Below are positions 52,801 to 60,332 of a stretch of 64,000 nucleotides of DNA, piece by piece. This DNA comes from Octopus vulgaris (Eukaryota), in contig OX597818.1 in the NCBI GenBank assembly GCA_951406725.2, positions 27,900,001 through 27,964,000 on the forward strand, given 5' to 3'. Position 1 is the first letter of the stretch. Each line of letters opens with the position of its first letter. The notes under the pieces are model-generated. The model searched no databases. It saw nothing but the letters and a program-made list of their open reading frames with translations, and was not told the origin of the DNA. The position numbers were made by a program, and so were the translations under genes.

Positions 52801-52837
52801 CATGTTTACTTTTTTCAGGTGTGAAACACAATAAAAA
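14843..52837 (+). CDS. Spliced gene (partial): type-I membrane Ig-superfamily receptor/adhesion protein, signal peptide + 6 Ig-like domains + TM + start of cytoplasmic tail (nephrin/hemicentin-like architecture); about 634 codons assembled
   Basis: Nine exons joined by hand: 14843-14897, 19200-19475, 26890-27201, 32210-32530, 40902-41156, 42966-43220, 45220-45528, 46477-46578, 52819-52837. All introns up to the micro-exon are phase 1, the Ig and TM exon lengths are multiples of 3, and there is no stop codon. Ig Cys/Trp motifs, many N-x-S/T sites and a hydrophobic TM followed by KCHKKR. Confidence 0.85.
17771..19022 (+). mobile_element. Full-length (1252 bp) decayed mariner element with TIRs and TA target duplication
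   Basis: TA|tagggttgtctggaaagtt..aactttccggacaacccaa|TA; IVTGDEKW, KNVLLCVWW, DFHLFRSLQN; frameshifted. Confidence 0.93.
19200..19475 (+). CDS. Ig gene exon, Ig-like domain 1 (..TALECLAQQKVEYW..LTLTCQG..)
   Basis: ttttcttttccttcAG acceptor; A|GTAAGT donor; 276 nt; overlaps ORF 19220..19540. Confidence 0.85.
19793..20060. repeat. (TATG)n microsatellite; others at 9820-9960, 19067-19175, 20371-20455, 46713-46812
   Basis: Direct reading; source of the MYVC/HTYI pseudo-ORFs. Confidence 0.97.
20078..20536 (+). mobile_element. Helitron-like non-autonomous element; second copy at 57739-58050
   Basis: 5' TCtatatatataaag, 3' ..ttgtCTAG|t; shared ctaaaactc..accaatttcattcaaattttac..ttttcaacttcttg. 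Confidence 0.55.
20724..20917. mobile_element. Small MITE-like foldback element
   Basis: taattaagggcatagaaaa..ctagcctatatgctgaaaat is inverted at 20870-20917. Confidence 0.6.
21330..21736 (+). mobile_element. PLE-terminus-like element with a 5' hairpin and degenerate HHR; 3' end shared with 15495-15592
   Basis: Inverted repeat 21345-21396/21409-21460; CTGAGGA 21537..GAAAC 21602; shared tail ..ggtgcctcaacttaagtaccatattcat. Confidence 0.6.
21936..23120 (-). mobile_element. 5'-truncated RTE LINE (ORF C-terminus + repeat-bearing 3'UTR)
   Basis: LEVVDSFHYLSDQV..AMLHGTETW; (CAT)n tail. Confidence 0.9.
24515..25316 (-). mobile_element. CR1-clade LINE 3' fragment (same family as 4545-6585)
   Basis: QDLGIYMS..LVLSHFDYCSQLWSP..SYWERLKRLRLYSLERRR. 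Confidence 0.88.
25520..25599 (+). ncRNA. Type-I hammerhead ribozyme in PLE 3' terminus
   Basis: UCCC-CUGAGGA-A-GGAGGUAUUAU..AUAAUACACCUCU-GAAA UGGCCA UA/GGGA; palindromic stem III AUGGCCAU. Confidence 0.75.
26192..26571 (+). mobile_element. Candidate non-LTR retrozyme: 353-nt monomer + 27-nt terminal redundancy
   Basis: ttataactcgctctgagatttatcatt at 26192-26218 and 26545-26571; central HHR; many hairpins; no recognisable protein-coding sequence. Confidence 0.7.
26317..26361 (+). ncRNA. Minimal type-I hammerhead ribozyme, fully intact core
   Basis: CACACG-CUGAUGA-AAGGU AAAC ACCUU-GAAA CUCGGG UA/CGUGUG; predicted cleavage after 26355 (GUA). Confidence 0.9.
26890..27201 (+). CDS. Ig gene exon, Ig-like domain 2 (FTLKC..VIWY..CTLSITSISLAEDNMDIIC)
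   Basis: atcttttAG acceptor; G|GTAAGT donor; 312 nt; V/I-set-like motifs. Confidence 0.9.
27686..27890 (-). mobile_element. PLE pseudo-LTR copy with minimal HHR relic (27790-27834)
   Basis: Direct repeat of 28904-29110. Confidence 0.75.
27890..28900 (-). mobile_element. Decayed RTE 3' portion
   Basis: Minus strand VVEGSFCNLSDLISSGEGY.., homologous to the other RTE C-termini. Confidence 0.65.
28904..29745 (-). mobile_element. Penelope-like element 3' end: GIY-YIG relic + pseudo-LTR with HHR (29011-29054)
   Basis: Minus strand VYSISC..TIYVGETAQSIR..NEH..VLYQH..RQITEATHI..LNRKLEW at about 29440-29740. Confidence 0.8.
29750..30512 (+). mobile_element. Penelope-like GIY-YIG relic and tail; tail repeated inverted at about 31350-31470
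   Basis: GLSKLIWDLKDRNKQFNL..PYDKGKEFCLLCNSE; 30430-30510 matches the reverse complement of 31351-31425. Confidence 0.7.
32210..32530 (+). CDS. Ig gene exon, Ig-like domain 3, C2-set-like (SYECLIKDAKPRFSVFW..SSKLTLT..LQCVA)
   Basis: ttcttctatttcAG acceptor; T|GTAAGT donor; 321 nt. Confidence 0.9.
34234..34822. mobile_element. Non-autonomous DNA transposon with ~150-bp TIRs and 8-bp TSD CCTTGGTT (Merlin/Mutator-like)
   Basis: GGAT..ATCC termini; TIRs 34234-34381/34679-34822; CCTTGGTT at 34226-34233 and 34823-34830. Confidence 0.85.
34950..35810 (-). mobile_element. 5'-truncated RTE-clade LINE (third family)
   Basis: VVENFKYLGAW..TVESVLLYGAKTW..LDGCYTRILRMVLN. Confidence 0.88.
36630..36770. 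repeat. Compound trinucleotide microsatellite (TAA)(TCA)(TTA)(TTG)
   Basis: Direct reading. Confidence 0.95.
37000..38330 (-). mobile_element. R4/Dong-clade LINE relic next to (TAA)n, internally deleted; second relic at 46815-47300
   Basis: SNYRPITCLPLVWKLL fused to KYQELAIELQRLW..VVIGALGTIPK (RLE C-terminus); TAA-repeat flank typical of Dong. Confidence 0.75.
37527..37940 (+). mobile_element. tRNA-derived SINE with internal (TA/TG)n and (AAGAGTA)n tail; inverted copy 43562-43980; fragments at 15060-15215 and 31475-31575
   Basis: A box tggctgtgtggtaag, B box ggttcagtccc; shared body and tail. Confidence 0.85.
39250..40890 (+). mobile_element. L1/Tx1-clade LINE ORF2 relic, ending at the RT YADD motif
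   Basis: FRLLVVYAPTG (APE), WPITLLNTVFKILDKVLAKRL, SVCLGCLLSPLLYVLALEPL, VSVYADDIT. Confidence 0.88.
40902..41156 (+). CDS. Ig gene exon, Ig-like domain 4 (YSPEK..FQCSWKGGHPP..VKCLGIH)
   Basis: Acceptor ttcatAG at 40901 with no polypyrimidine tract (LINE abuts it); donor T|GCGAGT (GC); 255 nt; C-x4-GG-x-PP Ig motif. Confidence 0.78.
41850..42480 (+). mobile_element. RTE RT relic
   Basis: ITDVIFLVKELQKYLAKSKLLYLAFVDLEKAFDRV. Confidence 0.75.
42966..43220 (+). CDS. Ig gene exon, Ig-like domain 5 (YPPQVNI..LQINCTVFDGNPA..NTGTWECHVSN)
   Basis: Poly-T aAG acceptor at 42965; CAG|GCAAGT donor (GC); 255 nt open frame, absent from the ORF track. Confidence 0.85.
45220..45528 (+). CDS. Ig gene exon, Ig-like domain 6, I-set-like (CFYSYP..VKWQK..LKIEDIKDNDFGTYTLTVENTIG)
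   Basis: ttttccatcAG acceptor; AAG|GTAAGT donor; 309 nt; D-x-G-x-Y motif. Confidence 0.92.
46477..46578 (+). CDS. Ig gene transmembrane exon (EIMEVPLRIIIGCTVGIVLLIILGLLIYKCHKKR)
   Basis: cctttcAG acceptor; AG|GTTGGT donor; about 20 hydrophobic residues with GxxxG followed by a basic stop-transfer segment. Confidence 0.88.
47560..50860 (+). mobile_element. Near full-length decayed RTE LINE (APE-RT) with a tRNA-SINE inserted at 48041-48320
   Basis: APE, RT (YLAFVDLEKTFDRV) and C-terminal (ILHSSETW) motifs in order; many stops. Confidence 0.9.
52229..52443 (+). mobile_element. 215-bp internal-deletion derivative (MITE) of the 17771 mariner
   Basis: Same TIRs and TA flanks; first ~50 nt joined to the last ~160 nt. 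Confidence 0.9.
52819..52837 (+). CDS. Candidate 19-nt cytoplasmic micro-exon (GVKHNK..)
   Basis: Strong acceptor tttactttttttcAG and donor AA|GTAAGT in non-repetitive DNA; open in phase 1. Confidence 0.6.
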
Positions 52838-53774
52838 GTAAGTACATAACATTTTTATCTGTTGTTTATTTGAAAAGTTGAGAGAAAATTTCTTTCAAAA
52901 GATTAAACTTTTATCTTTCATCAATCAGTAGGTTTACCTCGTAATATACCTGCCAATGCTTTGGCAATTTACAGAAAGGTTACAGTTTAGTTGAGGTTAA
53001 AATGCATTTGAAATCTTCTTCTGTACATATTGCTGAAAATGATATTAGCTATCAACTAATAATGTTTTTCTTTTACTGCTTTTCTAAATATACTTATGCA
53101 TTTCGATGTTTTGATAATTAGATATGCTTTTAATTACATATTTATGTAATTATCACTTGGGTGGCATTTGGTTTGAATTTAATCAGTCAGTATATTATCT
53201 TGTGTGTCTAGAAACATATTAGAAAAGCTCTTATTTGCATTGAAATTTTCTTTGTTTCTTTAATATAGCTTCTATTTGAAAAACTTCATTGTTTCTTTCT
53301 ATAAGTAGTGGAACAAGGAAAGCATATTAGAAAAGAGAGTAGGCAGGTCTCTTTTGAAAGATGTAACGTACAGTTACAGAAGTGTATGCTCTCATAATTA
53401 ATGACTATTTAGATGAAAAAGTGAAAAGTTCTGTTGCAGTTCTGATGTGCATCAAGGTTGACAACTAGAGGGAAACTGTGTTTGCACATTAAATAAGGCA
53501 TCAGAAATAAAGGATTTGGTGATAGATGAATAAAAGAGATGAGTCCAGGACTACAGAAATGTTGAGGTGGAAATGGATGGTAACCATGTTAAAGTGTAGT
53601 ACAAAGTTAATCTCATCACTTACAGAAATAATTGGGCCCCAAGAAAAATATTTTAAATGCTGATCAAATCCCTTTTTAAAAATTGAGACTAAGATTTCAC
53701 TTAGAAGTCATTTAAGCAGAAGATATCAACAAGGAAGAGGGGGAAAATATTCTTGTCAGAATAAAATAATGAAT

Positions 53775-56700
53775 TCATCATTATCGTTTAACGTCCGTTT
53801 TCCGTGGTAGCACAGGTTGGACGGTTTGACCGGGGTCTGGGAAGCCAAGGACTGCACCAGGCTCCAGTCTGATCTGGCGGTGTTTCTACAGCTGGATGCC
53901 CTTCCTAACGCCAACCACTCTGCGAGTGTAGTGAGTGCTTTTTAAGTGCCACCGGCACAGGTGCCAGGGGAGTCTGGCATCGGCCATGATTGGTTGGTGC
54001 TTTTAACGTGCCACCGGCACAAGAACCAGCCAGTCGAGGTGGCGCTGGTATCGGCCACGTTCGGATGGTGCTTTTTACGTGCCACTGGCACAGAAGCCAG
54101 ACGAGGCAAGGCTGGCATTGGCCACGTTCAGATGGTGCTTTTTATGTGCCACCGGCACAGGTATCACAACTACTATTTCCATTGATATTTATTTCGATGC
54201 TCATGTACTTGACTCAATCGGTCTCCTCAAGCACAGTGGGATGTTCTGAAATCCAAGGTACTTTGAATGGGCAGGGGCTATGCGGGACTGGTGCAGGAAG
54301 CAGCCTGGGTCTTTGCAGTCACAGCATATCTCCAGAGATCTCGGTCCTTCGTCATTGCCTCTGTGAGGCCCAACGCTCTGAGGTCATGCTTGACTACCTC
54401 ATCCCATGTCTTCCTGTGTCTACCTCTCCCCCTGATACCTTCAACTGTTTGGGAGTAGCACTTCTTCACACATCTCTCCTCATCCATCCGCAGTACATGA
54501 CCATACCATCGCAAGCGTCGCTCTTGCACACTACATCTGATGCTTCTTATGTCCAGCATTTCTCTCAGGGTACTTACCCTCTGTCGTGCATGCACACTGA
54601 CATTACACATCCAGCGGATCATGCTAGCTTCATTTCTTTCAAGTCTACGCATGTCCTCTGCAGTTACCACCCATGTTTCACTACCGTGAAGCATGGCACT
54701 TCACACACATGCCTCATACAATCTACCTTTCACTCTGAGCGAGAGACCCTTTGTCACCAGTAGGGGTAGGAACTTTCTAAACTTTGCCCAGGCTATTCGT
54801 ATTCTAGTGGTGACACTCTCTGAGCATCCACCTCCACTACTAACTTGGTCACCCAGGTAGCAGAAACTATCAACTACTTTTAGTTTCTCCCCCTGGAGTG
54901 TGATGGGATCTGTTTTCTGAGTATCTGTGGTGTCTATTGTCCCTGTGTATCTGCCGCAAATGAAAGCTATCTTATCAGTTAATTTCCCTTTGACGTTGCT
55001 GCATCTCTTATGCGTCCATAGCTTACACTGGGTACATCTTATGGAGTTTCTACCTACACCTTTCCTACAGATCGAGCAGGGCCACCTGCTCGAAGGTGTG
55101 TGTGCTGAGTTTGCCTTTCTGCTTACTATAACTTTGGCCTTTGCTATATTGACTGTAAGGCCCTTTGATTCTAACCCTTGCTTCCACACCCGAAATTTCT
55201 TTTCTAGTTCTGGTAGTGATTCTACTATGAGAGCCAGGTCATCAGCATAGGGGCAACCTGTTTTGAGTTCCTCTGTTATTGCCTGGAGGACTATGATGAA
55301 TAAAAGGGGACTGAGGGCTGAGACTTGGTGTACACCTACTTCTACCCGGAATTCTTCACTATATTGCCAATTCTAACCTTGCTGACAGCCTCTCTGTATA
55401 GGGCCTGTACAGTCTTTATTAGCCATTCGTCAATCTCCCGTTTCTGCATCGACCACCAGATAAGGGATCGGGGGACCCTGTCAAAGGCTTTCTCCAAGTC
55501 CACAAAAGCTATGTAGAGGGGTTTATCTTTAGCTAGGTACTTCTCCTGCAGTTGTCGGACCAGGAATATAGCATCAGTGGTGCTTCTACCCGGCACAAAA
55601 CCAAACTGCATCTCATCTAAGCAAATTCTCTCCCTAATGAGATGGGTTATGACCCTCTCTAAGACCTTCATCACCTGACCCAACAGTTTAATACCCCGGT
55701 AGTTATTTCTATCTTGAGCATCACCCTTACCCTTGTAGCAGTTGACTATGGTGCTGCTATGCCAGTCATTGGGTATGACTCCATTATGAACTACCTGATT
55801 TACAATGCGGGTGCCTAGGCCATAGACAACATAACCAGCTGTTTTAAGCATCTCAGCAGTGCTTCTTGAAGGGCCGGGGGCTTTACCTGGTTTCATACCG
55901 TTAATTGCCTTAACTACAAGGGAGCTCTCTATTCAGATAGCTGGTCCCTCTACTGGGTCAACATTTGGCAGGCTCTCCTCCTCCCATTCATTCTCCACAT
56001 TCAGCAGTCTTTCATAATGGCTTCTCCAAGCCTCTTTCTTTTCACCATCATTAAAAGCAAGTGCCCCATCATCCATGAGGACACATTTCTCTCCTGTAAC
56101 ATCACTATTTTCTCTCACACACTGTTTAGCAATCCGAAATACCTCAGTTCTTTGGTCCTCACGTCGCTGGACATTGGCAAACTTCTTCTTTTCTGCTACA
56201 TCTTTGGCTATGTATACCTGCCACCCAGCCTCCTTTTTGGCTGCCTGGTACAGTTCTCTGCTACCCCCATCCCACCAGGCTTTCCAGGCCTGTTTCTTTG
56301 CACTAATGACTTTGTCTTCTACACTATTCCACCACCACGTAACTCTAGGTCTGGAAGGGACTTTGCACCATCCACAGACTTGGTCTGTGGCACTCAGCAA
56401 GCTGTCCCATAGGAATTTCCAGCTACCTTCTATGTCCGACGTCTGTAGCTCCTCCTCCCTCTCATCAAATTTCTTGATGAGGATGTCCCTAAATCTCTGA
56501 CCATGTGAAGGGTTCTTTAGTTTCCAAATCCCTCTTTTCTGGATTGGTCTGTTTCTTGAAATCCTTCTGGCCTCAAGCCTAAAGTCACTAATAATTAGCC
56601 GATGCTGAGGGGTACATCCTTCACCCGGGAGGGTCTTTGTATTTAAGAGCAACCCTGCATCCCGCTGTCTGGTGAGGATGAAGTCTATTTGGCTAGCGGA

Positions 56701-57440
56701 GTCTCCTGACTGATAGGTTCTAAGGTGGCAGTCAGGCTTCCTGAAGTTAGTGTTGCAGATTAAAAGGTTACATGCATCACAGAATTCCAGTAGTCTAGTT
56801 CCCTCATCATTTCTGGTGCCACTACCATGGCCACCATGTACCCCAGTGAAGATACCTGATTCCCGCCTAACATGCCCATTAAAATCTCCACCCACAAAGA
56901 TGAGGTCCTTGCCACTCGTCTTTGAGGTAGCCTGTAGAAGGGTATCATAAAAGTGGTCCTTCTGATCATTTGGTAGCCCCGCATGTGGGGCATAGGTGGA
57001 GATAATCGTAGCTGTGCCACTCTGGAGGACTAACCTGAGCTTAAGCACTCTATCGCAAACCCTGACAACCTCTATGACCTTATCCACCCATTTCTCTGCA
57101 AGGAGAATGCCTACACCCCCTACACCATCCATGTTACCTTGCCAGAAGACTTTATACCTATGTACCTTGCCTGTGAGGACCCTAGCTGAAGCGCCTCTCC
57201 ATCTTACCTCTTGTATGCAGCATACATCATCCCGTCTTCTCTCAAGCATCTCTACAATCTCACTAGACCTACCTTTCAGTGTACCAGCATTGACAGTGCC
57301 AACTCTGAAAACTGGGAAGGTAATGTGGTAGGGAGGGGTGCAATTCAGCGCCTGAAAAGAAGAGGGTTGTTGTGGTGGTGATCGTCATTTTTTAGGCATT
57401 TTTCATCTGATCTCTCTTCCGACCTGACAACATTCAAGCA
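53775..57440 (-). mobile_element. Near full-length RTE LINE: APE, RT, PHD-like finger, C-terminus, repeat-bearing 3'UTR
   Basis: ORF pieces 57249-55933, 55896-55342, 55189-54701 and 54694-54278 are collinear with few frameshifts; (GAT)n tail. Confidence 0.95.
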
Positions 57441-58157
57441 TTTAAATAAATAAAATGCAATTTAGCTTAGTTCTAAAGTTGTAAAACATAAAATCTCAAA
57501 CTTTCACAGTACTTGTTAGAGTCTTTGCAAGATAAAGTCTTGTGAAGGAAGTGATGTCTCCACATACATTTACTTGGAAAATATTTTAAATAACATGAAG
57601 TCAACTAAATTTGATTTAATTCATCATGAGTCCAGTCCTATATAAAGAAGTTAACCATGGATTTTATTTCATCATTGAATTCAGAACTAAATTATAGATG
57701 ATCAAGTTCTTTTATGGGCATATGAATCCACAGATTTATCTATGTATATAAAACTGAGAATGTGTGTCTGTCTGAGTATCTGTATGTGTGCATCACTAAA
57801 ACTCAAGAAGTATCCAACCGATTTCGTTCAAATTTTACAAATGCACTGCTTAGGGTTCATGAAGTGTCATGGGCCAAAATAAATTTTCAACTTCTTGTCT
57901 AATATGAGCCAGAAGCAATCTCTTACACTGTTTCAGCATTACATGTCAAACATGAAACAATAACATCTCTATTGTAATGTGAGATAATAGTTTCACTTTA
58001 ACAGTTTCACCATTTATAGCGAAACTATTAAAAGTGAAACTTATTTCACATAACATATATACATGTATACTTGTGTGCATATATATATGTGTATATATAT
58101 CTGTAGGTATATATATAGATGTATATGTATACATATATACGTATAGATGCATATGTA

Positions 58158-58196
<39 letters not shown>

Positions 58197-58299
58197 CTAT
58201 AGATTTATATGTATATATGCATGTATAAATGTATGTATATATATGTGTGTATAAATGTATATGTATAGATATCTATATGTATGTGTGTGTATATGTATG

Positions 58300-58849
58300 T
58301 CAGGTCACTTTCGAGTGCTACTGGTAACATGTAACCCAGTACAACCTGTTGCATGGTCAGGTCGTCGGCGACTAAACCGGCAACCCCACCAAGCTTGCTT
58401 GGTGAGGAGGGTGTTTATTGGACGCCCTGTGGGATGAATAACAAAACCCGTTAAAGGGCAGAGGAACTCTTGAGAGTCAACGGCCATCCAATAAATGTCT
58501 TAAGGCTGTATCATGTGTGGGGTCAGAAATAATCGGACTAAATACTCGATCGTGCGGTTAAACCATTTGGAGTGAAGGACTCCTAGCCTTTGTTAAGGCA
58601 TCCTTCTAGGAGAATGTAACTCATGTAACAGGGATAACTCCGACATAAAACCTGTGGCTCAGTGGTTACTGATGATGTTGACTTGTTCTTCTTTTCGGAT
58701 TATGGCTGCAGTTGCTTAGTGAGTGGGATTGACTCAGTGCACAGCCTTTCCTCACTTAAAAAAAATCTTCTTGCACAGGCATTGCACGATAAAAACATTG
58801 ATTAAGCTTCGTGCAATGGCCATACTCACTAACGAGGGGGCAGCCACCA

Positions 58850-58850
<1 letters not shown>
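58300..58850 (+). mobile_element. Same ~560-bp repeat, copy 2
   Basis: Collinear with the reverse complement of 9961-10527. Confidence 0.75.
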
Positions 58851-58901
<51 letters not shown>

Positions 58902-59160
58902 CTAGAAGACAATTATTGTTTTACTTGTTTCGGTATTATAACCCAGTTTCATTCGCATCTATGTGGGCCACATTTTAAAAGATGAAGAATTGCTATGCAA
59001 ACTTGCCGGCACTTTTAACGTAGGTGTGCAAATTTTCAGCTTAATCCAACCACATATGCAGACATTATATATATACATACGCATTAAATATATATGCACA
59101 TATATATGCATTATATATATGCACACACACATATATATATTCAAATATCGATATATACAC

Positions 59161-59193
<33 letters not shown>

Positions 59194-59201
59194 TTATATA
59201 T

Positions 59202-59240
<39 letters not shown>

Positions 59241-59248
<8 letters not shown>

Positions 59249-59446
59249 GAAAGAATGGAGTTGAACGACGATTCAACAAAATTCCTTTATTCTCGACATA
59301 TGTTTCGAAGGCTGCATATTCCTAATTTCGAAGGAATAAGGGGTGCATTATTCCTTCGAAATTAGGAATATGCAGCCTTCGAAACATATGTCGAGAATAA
59401 AGGAATTTTGTTGAATCGTCGTTCAACTCCATTCTTTCATTTATTT
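59241..59446. repeat. Perfect 99-bp inverted repeat with 8-nt loop
   Basis: 59241-59339 is the exact reverse complement of 59348-59446. Confidence 0.95.
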
Positions 59447-59587
59447 GTATTAGAAAAACACACAAATTTCCACACGAAAGTACGTGATCTCTGCCCTTGG
59501 CATGTAGCTTCAACCATGTTTTTCTGACGTGAATTTGCTACCCAGGTATCGGTTAACTGAATTATCCATACTAAGATAATTCATTCA

Positions 59588-59659
<72 letters not shown>

Positions 59660-59898
59660 CACACACACACACATATATAAATTAACATAAATATCTGGTT
59701 AATAATATCTGTTATCATTATTGTGTGGTGGTGTTGGGTGATAATAATTCACCGTTGTAAAAGCCCTGTAGCAGGAATATTTAAACTTCAAGACAGTGAA
59801 ATATATTTCCGACACAATATAATTATTTACTATTTTATTCCTCTCCATTAATCACACTTGCGGCTGTCAACGCCTTCTCTCTATAGATGCAGAAAGAT

Positions 59899-59949
<51 letters not shown>

Positions 59950-60293
59950 CTGGGAGAGAAAAAGCGACAGAAAAACAGTGAATACTGAGAGGGAAAGAGA
60001 GTGAGTAGAAGCTGTCAAAAGATAAAGACGAGGGAAGGGGGAAAGAGAGAGATGGAAGAAGAAAGGGTGATAACTGTAAGAGAGAAACAACAAACACTTG
60101 TCAAAGTCCGTTTAAAGACAATGAATTTTCACTCTTTTTGCCATAGCAACCACATCTTTATAGCTTGCGAATTTTAACCATTGCGGGTCTCATCCTCACC
60201 ACGCATTTAGTATCCCTGCCAATTTTCAGCTCAATCCTAGCCTCGGTTTGCCCGCCAATAACTATCAAAGCAAAATGTGCATATACTTATATT

Positions 60294-60324
<31 letters not shown>

Positions 60325-60332
60325 AAATATCT

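Noticed and set aside
53934-54159. Repeat-spacer pattern resembling a CRISPR array, or a twister/pistol ribozyme
   Set aside because: Eukaryotic LINE 3'UTR, spacers are mutually related, no cas genes; required twister L1/P2 and pistol P2/P3 elements could not be fitted
53990-54763. 257-aa plus-strand ORF and other antisense ORFs over LINEs
   Set aside because: Antisense shadow of the RTE C-terminus and 3'UTR; no independent motif
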